64,000 nucleotides of DNA from Octopus bimaculoides. Its lineage: Eukaryota. The stretch's first letter is position 1; every line of letters starts with the position of its first letter. Location: assembly GCF_001194135.2 (NCBI RefSeq), contig NC_068982.1, forward strand, positions 89,970,476-90,034,475. Reading direction: 5' to 3'. Of this stretch, positions 40,561 to 54,605 are shown piece after piece. Under the pieces are notes generated by a model. That model did not search any database, was not told where the DNA came from, and saw only the letters and a list, made by a program, of their open reading frames with translations. The position numbers and the translations under genes were made by a program.

Positions 40561-41069
40561 AAAGACATGCATGAAGCCATAATGATTTACAATACACCAG
40601 CTGATCATGGTTTGTTTATGTGTGCTTAGAGCAAATTGATGTTGGTGTGAAGTTTATTTAGCTGTTTATACATTCCTTCTTTTGATTTGCTCTTTATTGT
40701 ATTCTTACATTCTATCATTCTTATCCCACACTGTAATCTAATTGTTGGGCTTTCTCTAATTATATTGTATGAGACTACATCTACTTCAAGTGTTTCTCTT
40801 TGTATCGACTTTTATGTTAAGATATATACAGGCCTTCTGTTGAAATGGTTTATGAGAAATTTAGAATTTTAGACGATTTATCTGATTAGATAATATGTAC
40901 TAGTGACGTTGTCATGGACTTTTGATATCATATATATATATATATATATATATATACCTGCAACTGGAGTCGGATGTAGTATGCAGGTGAGATGAGGATA
41001 ATAACATGCAGTTTAGTGCTGGAAAATTTCAAACCCTGGGCATTGGCACGAGTAATGATATGCCATAGT

Positions 41070-41710
41070 ATGTGCATATTTCTATGTTGGCAATTATATG
41101 CAAGCGGCTGGCCGGATGTCTGTTTACAGATTTCAGAACGGGAGAACCGGAAGCTATAATGGTCCTCTGGAGAGCATTTGTCTTCAGCTGCTTAGACTAC
41201 TGCTCCCAACTTTGGTCATCACAAACTATACAATTCATAAAATTCACAACGAAACTCCAAGTAATGTAGCCAACCTTCACAAAAAATATCGTCTAAATAC
41301 TGGGAGAGGCAGGAAAAGTTAGATCTCTACTTCCTAGAATGACAACGGGAAAGATATCCTGTGGTATACCTCTGAACAAACTTTTCATTGAATGTTACAC
41401 AAACACCAGTAGGGTGGAGGCACTGCATAGTGCGACAGATCCCAACATCATCTTCACTGTAGAAGACCAGATATTGCAACAACTTGGGTTTCAATGCTTA
41501 CATAAAAAAAAAACTCGTGAGATCAACATGGCGTAGATGTAGGTGATATGAGAACAAAATTAGATCTATTCTTGTTAAGATTTATGGATGGGCTACCTCG
41601 CAACAGGAAACACAAATGAACGTAGCAACATGAAACTCCCTCATTCACCAAAAACCACAGGACATTTCAAGGCCTGAAAGTGTAGCAAAACTAACACCGT
41701 TGCCCCAGCA
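41070..41710 (+). mobile_element. CR1-like LINE 3' end (post-RT C-terminus), degenerate
   Basis: Translates to LAGCLFTDFRTGEPEAIMVLWRAFVFSCLDYCSQLWS (cf. LxxSLVxPHLDYCSQLWSP), then YWER…LDLY. Confidence 0.8.
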
Positions 41711-41780
41711 TGCTTGTAACTCACATGCTGAAAGTAGTAAAAGAATAAAGAGAATATACATACATACATACATACATATA

Positions 41781-41854
<74 letters not shown>

Positions 41855-44561
41855 TGTATGTATGTATGTATGTATATATANNNNNNNNNNNNNNNNNNNN
41901 NNNNNNNNNNNNNNNNNNNNNNNNNNNNNNNNNNNNNNNNNNNNNNNNNNNNNNNNNNNTATATATATATATATATATATCGGTGTTGTGCATGTCTAAC
42001 AACTGACTTGGACGGAGGTCAAGTTTGTCTTCTAGTAGATGACTTTCATCTTATCAGCTCGGCCATCTAACTTCAGTGTAAGAAGTTAAAATCGACTTTA
42101 TGTTTCAACTTAAAGCTCTTCAAAAAGTGATATAATTAGAAGGAAATGTGAGAAAGAGTATATATGTATGCGTGTGTGTATTTGTGAGTATAAATATATA
42201 TATATATACATATATGTAATCAGATCACATTGTAAGGACAAAATAAATGTTGAAAGTACATTAAATATTTATTTAATTTGAAAATATGGTATCAATACAT
42301 TCATCTAATTTCAAATTAAAATAAATAGTTTTTACTCAGATTATTTTTTACTGGTTTCACCATCAACTGAGTAACTCGAAGATCATTAATACAATTTTCT
42401 AATTTCCTAAAATCTTTTTGAATGATTTAAAGCACGAAATAAATCAAACGTAGTCAAAGATGGAATCATTTTTGAAAAATATAAACACGTTAGCCACAAG
42501 AGACATATACAAGTCAAGTTATAAATAAGTTTATTATAAAATTACAAAACAGAGAATTTACAGCAATTCACTAAGACCTATCTGCTTTACTTCGAGAGCA
42601 AAAAGGAGGGAAAAGTCATGTAAACACATAATTTAAAGTAAAAGGAAATCAGGATGTCTTAACTAAAGATATAAAAGCCTGAAAAACGTAACTAAAGATA
42701 TAAAAGTCAGAAAAATGTAACTATCTGAGCTATGAACTATAGAGATTTTTATTACAAGGTTCGGAATTCTATTTCAAAGAAGAAGCTTTTTTCAAAATTG
42801 AAAGTAAATGTCTGTGTTCTCCAAAGTATTAATATATATTTTAAAATGCAAACGTTGTTTCCAAGAATTCTGTATTGTACTGCATACTATCGTGACAATG
42901 CACCGTCAGTAAATTAAGCTGCCAAACACAAAAGAAATTCCACCGATCCAATATAAAGATAACTTGCTGTATTTTATTGCACTTTTTAAAAGTGCAGCGT
43001 TATGGCAACGGAAGAATAAGAAAAAAAATCAGTCTGCAAATATCGTCTGAAATCAGATGCAATGTATATTAATCCATGTAACTTTATTGCATCCCTTGAA
43101 TGAGTAAATTACTAAATTGTGTACCTTGAAATAACTTATTTACGTCCCTTGTTATTACAGTATTTACATTCACAACAACTCGTCTATTAATGTTACGGTA
43201 AAAATCTCGGACAAGTTTCGTTTTATAGGGATTTTTGCGATTTCTTGATATTTGAATGCAAATTATTTAAGGATTATGGAAATAATGAATTAGAAGTGAA
43301 ACCGGTTGGAAAAGGTGCATGGGAGAATCGCTGCTAACATGTTTTTTGATAAATTAATACTTCGAAATTAGATAAACCTGATACATTATTTTGGAATTTT
43401 TATATTTTTAGCCCGTCTCTCTTTCACCACTTCACACGATATATATATATATANNNNNNNNNNNNNNNNNNNNNNNNNNNNNNNNNNNNNNNNNNNNNNN
43501 NNNNNNNNNNNNNNNNNNNNNNNNNNNNNNNNNNNNNNNNNNNNNNNNNNNNNNNNNNNNNNNNNNNNNNNNNNNNNNNNNNNNNNNNNNNNNNNNNNNN
43601 NNNNNNNNNNNNNNNNNNNNNNNNNNNNNNNNNNNNNNNNNNNNNNNNNNNNNNNNNNNNNNNNNNNNNNNNNNNNNNNNNNNNNNNNNNNNNNNNNNNN
43701 NNNNNNNNNNNNNNNNNNNNNNNNNNNNNNNNNNNNNNNNNNNNNNNNNNNNNNNNNNNNNNNNNNNNNNNNNNNNNNNNNNNNNNNNNNNNNNNNNNNN
43801 NNNNNNNNNNNNNNNNNNNNNNNNNNNNNNNNNNNNNNNNNNNNNNNNNNNNNNNNNNNNNNNNNNNNNNNNNNNNNNNNNNNNNNNNNNNNNATATATA
43901 TATATATAATTAAAAACAACAAGAAGAATGGAGATTTATTCACATACATGCATGTATACATACAGCCACATGCGCACACATATATTAGTGAAAATTTGCC
44001 CCACTAAAATTTGTTTTGAAAAACACCTCGAAACGATAACAATATTATCTCAGTTTAAGTAAACATTCAGTCGCTGATATTTCAGTAATGACACCAACCA
44101 AATCCATAGCCTGGAACCATAGTTCATCATTTAGCACAAACCTCCCACAGTGTTCAAAACAATATGCTCAACGATGATGTAGCTACTTTGCTTTGGACAC
44201 TTTTTGAGAAACAGTGTATATTTGTTTGTTGCTCAACTCAGCAATATTTCCTCCTGATAATAGGAGGAAATAATCAATATCTTATGCTGGAATCAACAAA
44301 ATGATGAAGGAAGAGGATATATGATATTTCATTGCAAAGAAGGAAGCATATGTATATGCATGTTAATAGATATATGCATAACTGTTTGCGCACATATAAG
44401 TACACATGTGTACACATATTAAATATATGCTTGTGCGAAAATCTTTGTATCTGTTAATATGTGAATATATATGCGTGTATAAACTCGCATACATGTTTGT
44501 ATACGTATGCTTACAAACAAACACATGCACGCATACAAATATGTAAGTGTATGTGTGTGTG

Positions 44562-44612
<51 letters not shown>

Positions 44613-44756
44613 CAATTGTATAAAAATATATTTGTGTATATATATATGTGGATAAATATACACACATATATACATGCATATGTATGTATGTACATATATA
44701 TTAATATATGTATGCACATATATATATATATAAAATTATTATTATTATTGTTGTTG

Positions 44757-44793
<37 letters not shown>

Positions 44794-45317
44794 CACATGA
44801 TTTGTTTGTGCGTTAATAAGGCTATTGATGGCTTCATGTGGAGAGAAATCTCTCAACAATTATCAAGTCTACCACAGGGAAAGGTTGCTATCCGTTTGCA
44901 CCTTGGAGGAGAATAGACAAAGCTACACAAGACTAAACGGAATTTTTGAGTATACAGATCATGGGATGTAACTTACAGGAAAATCTTAATTTCTCTCTCT
45001 CTTGCATTATCATCGGTATCTTTATAAGGAAATGTAATCACCATTGATTGATTAATTCTTATTTTCTATGTGCCCGTCCAAATTTACAAATATTTACACA
45101 CACGTATGTGTACATGCAGATATATATACAAGATATGCGGTCGCACGGGCGCACACATACACACATACACACACACACGCACATGTATATATATATATAT
45201 ATGTACAAACAAGTGTATATAAATATATATATTTATATACGTACATACACACACATATGTGTATACACACACAGAGGCACACAGACACAGACACACGCAC
45301 ACACACACACATATACA

Positions 45318-45379
<62 letters not shown>

Positions 45380-46079
45380 NNNNNNNNNNNNNNNNNNNNN
45401 NNNNNNNNNNNNNNNNNNNNNNNNNNNNNNNNNNNNNNNNNNNNNNNNNNNNNNNNNNNNNNNNNNNNNNNNNNNNNNNNNNNNNNNNTCTATATGTGAT
45501 AGTGGATTTTCATCGATGAGTTCTTGAAAATTGGTTATTTTCCCTAAAACTATATATATTTTATATATACTTTATCTCTAAGGCTCAATTTAATTTTAAT
45601 TTTTTATAAATTGATTTTAATTGAGTTTTTTACCTGTAATTTTGGATTTTGTCCCTAATAATATTATTATATATATATATATATATACACACCTAGATTA
45701 TGCGCTTTGTTTGTGTATGTGTACGTGAACATAAATGTAGTTTCACAGATTTTGACGTCAAACTCGGCCCTTAGTGGTTGTAAATTCATAAGTCTGTGTA
45801 TATATATATGTTTATTTTTTTTCTGCACATCATATTACGGGTATGTGTAATGAGGGATTCCAACATCGGTTTATGCGTGCGTATGTCATTTAAGTATAAT
45901 GGTTACATAATGTATATATTATTGATGTCCAGAGCAGAACGTATCCGGGTTAGAGATTTGAGGTGGGGGTCTAAGTTGATAGGAGGTCGTACTTGAAATT
46001 TCGAAGTATGAATTGTTGTTTGTCCATGCAGGGCGAGAAGCTTTCTCCCCTAATGTTTAAAAGAGTTTACTATTGATGT

Positions 46080-46630
46080 TACAATAATTTAGTTTTCGAT
46101 GATGCGGATAAAGATGTATGTCTTTTGATTTTATCTCTAAACGAAGGCAAATGTTGCGTATATCTCTCTTTGAAGCTTGCTAAGGCACTTGAGGTTAGTA
46201 AAGCATATGTAACCGTCACTAATACTCACATAGCCGTTATAATGATTTCAAGCAAGTTATTACTTTATCTAACATGGTATGGACACTTAAAAGGAGAGGA
46301 GCGAGCAATCCCCATATAAAATGGAGCATAATAGCTGAAGACAGCAAATACAGGGTACGAGACAGAAAATGTCACAACTGTATTACCAGAAAAACAAAAT
46401 ACCGTAACATCAACAGCGAACGTTTCAAATTTCAAGGAGGAAAAATTCTTTCCTTGCATGCACAAACAACAATTTATTCTTCGAAATTTCAAACACGATC
46501 CTGCACTCACCAACCTGAATAAGTTGTTCTATGGACGTCTATTATGTTCGTTATATGAACATTATTCATAATCGACGCACGCCATGTAAACGTATGATGA
46601 ATTCCCTCATGACACAGATATATGTTGATT
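46080..46630 (+). mobile_element. Internally deleted Penelope-like element: RT fragment fused to the GIY-YIG C-terminus
   Basis: LAKALEVSKAYVTVTNTHIAVIMISSKLLLY (PLE RT, after the FDIxxFYPSI motif) abuts SNMVWTLK…IKWSII…KCHNCIT…PCMHKQQFILRNFK (the CxxC…CxH tail of PLE endonucleases). Confidence 0.75.
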
Positions 46631-47701
46631 GTACATAGTCATGGCATCTTACATTTACCAGAAAATACACATATGCACAGACTTTTAAATCTACTACCCC
46701 ATGGACCACCTTTGGTGTCAAATCTATGAAACTCCACAATTATGTACGCATGCACAAGCGTAAATTGCAGGCATGTTTCTGTGTGTGTGTATTTGTGTGT
46801 GTGTGTATTTGTGTGTGTGTGTGTATTTGTGTGTGTGTGTGTGTGCGTGTGTGTGTGTAAGTGTGGTATGCGTTTGCGTTTGAATATGTGTGTGCCTGTT
46901 TAGTTGTGTGCGCACATATTTCGTATGAATATGAATGTACCATACGCTTGCATTTACATCTATAAATTTGGTCGCGCGTGAGCGTTCTCACATAAAATAG
47001 TAATTGATAAAAAAATATGGTGAACGCAGTTCATTACAAGGATATTATGGCTAATGTAAGGCAAACAAAACTTATGATTTACCTATATCTTACCTCCCAT
47101 GATCTGTATATTTATTTATCCCTTCATTCCTTACAATCTCGTGTAACTTCGTGTATTGAAATGATTGATATGAGTACCAACGTTCCCAAATGGCAGACTT
47201 GATAATTGTGGAGAGATTTCTCTCTATATGAAACCATTGTTAGCCTTGCTAAACCCACAAATAAAGAATATTTATCCACTAATGAGATGCTGAACACTCA
47301 TTCCCACTCTTCAAAATTAGGGACATATATGCCTGTATGTATATGTGTATACACATATACATAATACATACATACAGACATACAGACAAACACACTTGTG
47401 TGTATGGCAGGGAGTGTAAAGCATATACATAACTACATTTGATAGTACATATCAAATAAGATATCGCGGTGTAACATCGAAGTAACTCTCGGTAGTCCCT
47501 AATAAATATTCGGTTATACACATTTTTATTCAGTCAGTTGTCGCTTTTTCTATGTACTTAAGTACACACACACACATGCGCGCTCGCACACACTCACACA
47601 TACTCACATGTATATAAACACCATCTTTTGTTATTTTAAGTCCGTGAGCCTTCTCTACCAATTTCTGTCTGTGAGTGTATAAGTATACCTGATTTTATAT
47701 A

Positions 47702-47734
<33 letters not shown>

Positions 47735-47878
47735 NNNNNNNNNNNNNNNNNNNNNNNNNNNNNNNNNNNNNNNNNNNNNNNNNNNNNNNNNNNNNNNNNN
47801 NNNNNNNNNNNNNNNNNNNNNNNNNNNNNNNNNNNNNNNNNNNNNNNNNNNNNNNNNNNNNNNNNNNNNNNNNNNNNN

Positions 47879-47934
<56 letters not shown>

Positions 47935-49355
47935 AACACATAGATGTACTCACAAGTAAAGCTACGATAAAGGCTCTACTTATATATATTGTTACCTACC
48001 TATATTGACGTTTAATTTTTGGGCGAAAGTATCATAGATCAAGAAACAAGATTTTCTGAGACAGTGAATGCAACCCAATTAAGATACCAACCTGGTGCAG
48101 TGCCTTTCATTTATACACATCCCACTTTCTCTCTCTCTACTCCTCTAAAACTCATAATTATTGTATTATGCGTCCACTAGAAAAGAATTTAGTTTTAGAT
48201 GATTTAATGAAACGTTAATTCTGCTTTATTTCCTTTATTTAAATTTCTTGTTATTTTGGCTATTTTATTCGTGATTATATTTGCTTTGTATTTCACGTCA
48301 TCCATAAACAGAAAGCTAATTTGGTGCCAGCGTTCAATGACAGAAGCTGTGGTGTGCCTAATGAATTGCATTTACGCATTTTATTATATCCTTTTATTAC
48401 CTGAATCGAAATCCTCTTGGAATCATCTTCACCTTTGTTCAATCTGTTGTAGATTTATTCGACTTTAAACCTAACATGAAAATGTGTAGGTGTATGCCAA
48501 TGCAAGAAATCAAAATAATTATGTCATTAACTTTCGTATTAATTATTATTGTTGTTATTGTTGTTTTTGAGGTTGTTGTTATAGTTATTATTGTATTACT
48601 CTTAGTATTAGGGTGTTTATTGTTAGAGATTATACCAATAGTATTTGCTTCACTGCATTCTTAAATACAGACTCTAACACTGTCATATGACGAAATGAAA
48701 GTACAAGCGTTGATGAACAGACACACATGCAGATAGATGTGTGTGTGTGTGTTTGTGTGTTTGTTTGTTTGTTTGTTTGTTTGTTTGTGTGTGTGTGGGG
48801 GGGGGGTGCCTACTAAATTGGTATAGATTGTTATTGTATTGCTGTTGATCTGTATTCTCATCCATGAAATGGAAATGACAATAGCAAAAAACTTAGAACA
48901 TGATGACAAAAAATGAAACAAATTGGAACATGATAAGACATAAAACAATATACCAATTATATATATATATATATATATATGTATATGAAATTTAAATGAT
49001 GAAAATTATTTGATCATTTGAAAGAAAAGCAGAAAACAGGAAAAGAAAAAGGTAATACGATTAATTAACATACCCAAGAGATTTAAGCATATAAGGTATA
49101 TTCTTAACTCTGATAATAAATTAATAGACAAAATACATATCTTGTTACGAACCGTAAATGTTTGAATTTGTGAATTCCTAAATTTATCGATTTACCAACA
49201 TAGTCATCATAGAAAAACAAACATTATGAAAGTGACATTATGAAAATGACATTATGTTTTGCTCAATTATTTGAATATATGGCAGTGAAATACAGGAGAA
49301 TTACACGGGTGTATTTTGATAAATCAATTGAAAAAATGTAAGACATATTACTTAC

Positions 49356-50054
49356 TGGATCGTTGTTAGGATCCAAGGCTTCGACCAACGTCTTTACGTG
49401 GCCATCAGCAACAACTCTATGTTGGACGTTAGCTCCATGACACATTACGACAAGAATTCGCGCACTTAAAATTTGTAGGCAGTGATGTGTACATTGCCGT
49501 CGCCTCGTGCTAGGTGAGCACTTTTGCCGAGTTCCTATTATGCGTTTATGCATTGTGATATTATTGTGTAATACACTTAGAATCTGACTGGGGTCAGAAT
49601 TGGTCAGAATTTCTAATGGAGTTCGATTTAACGGCATTATAGGTATGCGTAAATCATCCTCTTCTTGTAGGCGATCATTATAACTTTGTTCCTTGAGGAC
49701 AAATTTCTTCGAACTTGATGATGGTTTACGACTAAGATTCGATGTCTCATCGAGTGATGTCTTTTGAGTAATTGGTTCTTTACGCATTGATAACCCACGG
49801 TTAGTGTTATTATCAATGTTTGCATTCGGACAAGCAGCAATGTTTTCTATGCTGTCTGTTAAAGAGCCAATTTCATAATTCCTATGATAAATGCATAAAT
49901 CAAGGATTCGGTTAATAGTACTTAAAGCCGTAAAATGTAAAGATTGCTTCCCCCGCAGGAGATCAAAACCAATTCCTAACAGTTTAGTTAATTCCAGGAA
50001 CAGAGAATGTTTTTCATCGTCGGATTGGGCGCCTTCCAGTTGTTCACAGCAGGT
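49356..50054 (-). CDS. Internal coding exon (233 codons, phase 0-0) of a large conserved protein, TCCEQLEG…ALDPNNDP; tentatively the N-terminal extension of an invertebrate PLC-epsilon-like protein
   Basis: Lies inside the stop-free ORF 49263..50189 with complex, non-repetitive amino-acid content. Acceptor tttttttctattgaAG precedes 50054 and donor CCA|GTAAGT follows 49356. Joins in frame to exon 10132..10378. The family assignment is recollection only (about 0.3). Confidence 0.9.
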
Positions 50055-51589
50055 CTTCAATAGAAAAAAAAGGAGAAATAAAGAGACATAAAGAATTTTA
50101 TGCATATCATGGATAATATTTTTCTTATGCAAAGAGAAGATACATGAATTATTCCAGACATGTAAACAGACATCTTGATAACTATACATACAGATAATTT
50201 AAGATGTTGCTTTCATAAAAGCAACTCTTAGTATTAAATTTTAAATCAAGGAGAAAAACGTATTATTCCATTTGAAATTATTAAGGACCAATACAATGAA
50301 AATGCAAAACATCTTCAGTTATTCCGAATACAGTAAATCTCACATTAAATATAGCATAGTTCGAGGTTGTACTTGTTTGGTTGTTTGGCAAGTGACTTAA
50401 GTATTTTTGATTTAAAAACATACTGACAGTCGTTGAGGTATATTAAGTTGCAAGGTAAACAATATACCCAATGGTATCTTATATAGATATAAAATCTGAA
50501 ATTCTCATACAACGAGGAATGGAAAGTTGTGACGTTTAAATTTCTTTTTAATTCCAAATGGTTTACGTGAAAAGGGTTTTAAATAGGAATCGATATCGGG
50601 TATTGTACTTTTCCCTCAAGGGAGTTAACCACAGCTGTATAGCATTTGCCATAGCAAACCCTCGAATAATAGAATGAAGACAAATCGATACATACTTAGC
50701 TTCGGGAATCTAGGAATAGAATATACCATAAACATAATTTTCAAGATTTAATTAAACAATTTTGCTTTGGTTTGTATTTGTTCATTCGCATGTTTATTGA
50801 TTTATAATAACTCTATAATCTTATATTAAAGTTCTCTTTCTTTCTTTTTTTAATTGTCAAAGAGAAGAAGAAAGTAAACTATTTATACTATTTATTCAAT
50901 AAATATAAATAGTAAACATATGGTTTCAACTGATATTGAACAGCTTTCATTTGACAAAACTTTGTGTATTTCACAATTAAATGTCTCTGGATATTTCTTT
51001 CCCGGAAACAATTTCAACAAGATAGACCGAAAATGTATGGGAAATGTTTAAAACCTATACCAAAATACAGAAATATAAAATTCATTCGTGTGCAGTGTGT
51101 CGAAGACAAGCCTACGTCGAGGTAATCACCCTTCTCCGCAATTAATAATGACAGACGTAACTTCTACATATAAAGCAGTAAAGATTTTGAAGTGCCTCAA
51201 CAGTGAGGTATTTCAAAGAGTTTCATAGTCGGTCCAAAACTTGTAACTATACTGCGTTTCTTGTACTCAATGCTACAAATCTATATGTATAATGCATTCA
51301 TTTTATTTTTAAAGATCAAGTGTACTCAAAATAATTTCTATAACATCTTCAGCTATCGTTATACTTTACAATTTTCATGAGAAATGTTTTCTATGCAACT
51401 TTATCACTGATTGTCATTGCTATATACCTTTGGTTCTGTTACATACAAAGAAACGATTTGTTGGCTTCTTTTGCTTTCTCTACTCCAGTTTCTATGATTC
51501 AGTCTCCAAAACTCGAGACCATTATAAAGATTAAGCCAATTAAGGAGTCTCTACACAGTCACTTAATCTAGAAATAGCACCTAAGTCAT

Positions 51590-52500
51590 CTGATGTACTG
51601 ATGTATGCACAGAGAGTAGTAATACCTGAAACGTTGCAAAAGTAAATGTTAAGGAATTTCATGTTGGACATCCTGGAATTCCGAGGATGAAAGATTTAGT
51701 GCATAGCTATGTGTACTGGTCAAAAATGGATAGAGAATCGAAAATTTAGTGAAAGGCTGTAGAGGATGTACTCTAGTAACAAAATTATCTACGATAAAAA
51801 ATGAACCTTGACCAAAGATAGATGTTCTGTGGCCGAGACTACACATCAATTTCGCTGGTCCTTTAAACGGTTTATACTACTTAGTGGCAGTTGATAGTTT
51901 CCTTAAAATACCATCCCAGATCTAACGGACAAGCAGAATGCTTTGTCCATACGTTCAAGAGATCCCTAAGAAAGTCGAATAAGGAAGTCACGGATGAGGT
52001 AGTTCTACAATAATCCTTAAGAGTATACCGTGTGACACCAAATCCAAATACACCAGCAGGTATTTCACCAGCGGAGCTGATGCTTGCAAGGGAAATAAAA
52101 TCAGCATTCGACAAATTGCGACCTGAAAAGTTATTTGTTAGGGCATATAATAACAGAAAATAAAATTGAGAAGATGGCATGTTTACCAAACGCATAGGAA
52201 AAATGCTATAGTTGGTAAAAGGATGAAAAGGGGTATACAAGAGACACATAACCAACTAAAAAAGATTTATCGAGGGCAAAGCCAAGAGAAAGGAAGAACC
52301 AGTAGAATGGTTATATGTTACTTTTCAAGTACTAACGCCACTACAAAAAGATGAACCGAGACGCACATGCATAAGAAAAAGAAATTGTACAGAGTTCCTG
52401 GAAGTGTATGCCAAACGAAAAAAATATTAAACATGTAACTGTAAAAAGGAAAACGTAAAGAGATTTTACGGGGACAATAGTAATAATGGTACATCTCTCC
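51590..52500 (+). mobile_element. Gypsy/Ty3 LTR-retrotransposon integrase remnant
   Basis: Gives KEFHVGHPGIPRMKDLVHSYVYW…GCRGC (HHCC), WPRLHINFAGPLNGLYYLVAVDSF and NGQAECFVHTFKRSL…YRVTPNPNTPAGISPAELM. The catalytic core is partly deleted. Confidence 0.9.
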
Positions 52501-52799
52501 CACACCACTATAATGTTTTAGTCATTATAAACACTGTCAGTCAGTGTCAGTGTAGTAGAGAGTACGAAGTAAATGGTCGTACCTAGTCGTGGCCTTGTCT
52601 AACTAACTGCTATACCGAAGTGGCATTACAACAGTCCGACAGAGGATTACAACATAGTCCTAGATACTCTATATCAGAAATAAAAGATGTGATATACTCT
52701 CGAGGGAGACGCTTCTAGTCATAAGTTTATTCGATCAATATGAACCTGCAGAACAACAACAACAGCTGCAGCAACAATAAATATGTAAGAACCAGTCAT

Positions 52800-53010
52800 T
52801 AACAATTTAAAATTTTGGCACAAGGCCAGAAAGTACAGGGAAGGGGTGAAGTTGATTATAACGATCTCAGTACTCAATTGGTACTTATTTTATCGAACCT
52901 GAAAGAATGAAAGGCAAAGTCGACCTCGGTGGAATTTGAACTCAGAACGTGAAGACAAACGAAATGTTGCTAAGCATTTTGCTAAAGATTCTACTAGTTC
53001 GTCGTCTCCT
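52800..53010 (-). mobile_element. SINE family A
   Basis: gaaaggcaaagtcgacctcggtggaatttgaactcagaacgt. Confidence 0.85.
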
Positions 53011-54224
53011 TAACTCCTTTCATTAATAGTTTCTAATGTTAATCAAAGCAACCGCGATATTGGCTCAAAGCATCCATCTTGTCCTTTAAGCTGAAAGAGA
53101 ACAACACAATTTTGTACTTTTCTACCCATAATTCATAAACCTATTTGTTTCATAAGATGATAGAAGAGAGATGTTTACTTCTGTGATCATTCCCTATTAA
53201 TTAATGAGAACATTTACAAATATATTAGCAAAAGATCGATATTTATCTCTAAGAGCAATGGAAATCTGCGTGTTGAACAAATACAAGTCTATATTTATAT
53301 GCAATATATTCGTTCATTGAATATAGTATATAATTATTTGTACATTAATGTTACTTCTTTATTTTCAGTAGAGCATCGTTCTTTTTATTTTATCAGCTTT
53401 CTGAAAGGTGTTTAAACCTTAATGAGAAAAAGAAAGAGGAAGCGAGATGAAGAGAGGAAAAAGAGATGTAGAGAGAAAGGTGAATAAAAAGAGGTGAGAG
53501 AGAAAGGTAAATGAACAGAAAGAGGGAGTAATGACAAAACATCTAGAGAGAGAAAAGGAGGAGAGAGAGAGAGAAGGGGAAAGAAGAGGTGCAACATTTC
53601 AACTATATCGGAAACGATAATCATCTGATAAGATTCGAAATCCCAATTATCCGGTCGTTAATCACGTGCCAATTCTTTAATGCAAATCTTAGCCAAAAAC
53701 AAAACTACACACACACCCACACACACCCACATTGTTTTAATCAGAAGAACGGGGTTGTATCCATGACATTTGTGGATCCTTCGAGATTAGTGAGATTGAT
53801 ATCGATACTGTGTTAAAATGTTAGTAAGTCAATATCCGTAAGAAAATCATCGACAAGAAGAGAATTTCATTAATTTCAGACAATTGATACTTTGAAGATG
53901 AAGGACTGAACGCAGGGGTTAGTGCAGGTCATGGGAGGGAGATTAAGAGAATAAACCGCAACGGAAAATGTCCATGTTCCGTGATCCGTGTAGTGGTTGC
54001 ATGCGGCAAGCTAATTCTGGGCAGAATAAGCCCTTTTAGGAATAAAGACTAGATGGCTAAATCCTCTTCACCTCATACACAACCGTTTTATAAATGTACC
54101 CTTGGACAATATTGTCAAGAGGGCTATGGTGAGATTGTCTTTGATCATACGTTTGATAGGAGGAGGTCACTTGAGTCTTCACAACAACATAATGCTTTGC
54201 GACATATTTGTGTAAATAATTTGT

Positions 54225-54605
54225 GCGCAGGCACGGTTGTGTGTTTAAGAAATTCACTTTGCAGCCATGTAGTCTCTCGTTCAGTCCCACCGTGCGACAT
54301 CTGAAGAAAGTACCTTGTAGTACAGGGTCGACCAATGCCTTGTGTGTGACTTTGGTAAAGAGAAACTGCATGGAAGCCCATCCTGTATATGCGTGCGTGT
54401 CTTTGTATGTGTGGTTATCCCGATACCACCTGACAACCGCTGTTAGTCTATTTCACCGAACTGTTAAGCTATAGGGATGTAAACAATCTACTTGAATTGA
54501 TACCAGACTTAAAACTTAAACACTGACGTCGATTTGTTTGACTAAAACACTAAGTTAGTTTCCCCAGCAGCGTAGCCTTATTCTAATGACCGAAACAAAT
54601 CAAAC
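54225..54605 (+). mobile_element. SINE family B, full length with an internal micro-inversion
   Basis: Head gcgcaggcacggttgtgtg…cagtcccac and tail aatgaccgaaacaaat. Segment 54451..54485 is reversed relative to other copies. Confidence 0.75.

Larger units (their letters stand above)
10379..49355 (-). other. Predicted ~39-kb GT-AG intron of the host gene, assuming no intervening exon
   Basis: Phase-0 donor GTAAGT at 49355 and phase-0 acceptor at 10379; the joined peptide reads continuously. Exons hidden in N-gaps cannot be excluded. Confidence 0.65.

Noticed and set aside
2459-48948. Dozens of ORFs rich in YI/HT/CV/MYV/LLL repeats or X runs
   Set aside because: They are translations of (TA)n, (CA)n, (TATG)n and triplet microsatellites or of N-gaps, not genes.
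50055-50189. ATG-initiated N-terminus of ORF 49263..50189 (MYSYQD…FFLLK)
   Set aside because: It is the polypyrimidine tract and intron upstream of the acceptor. The residues after DPNNDP are likewise intronic read-through.
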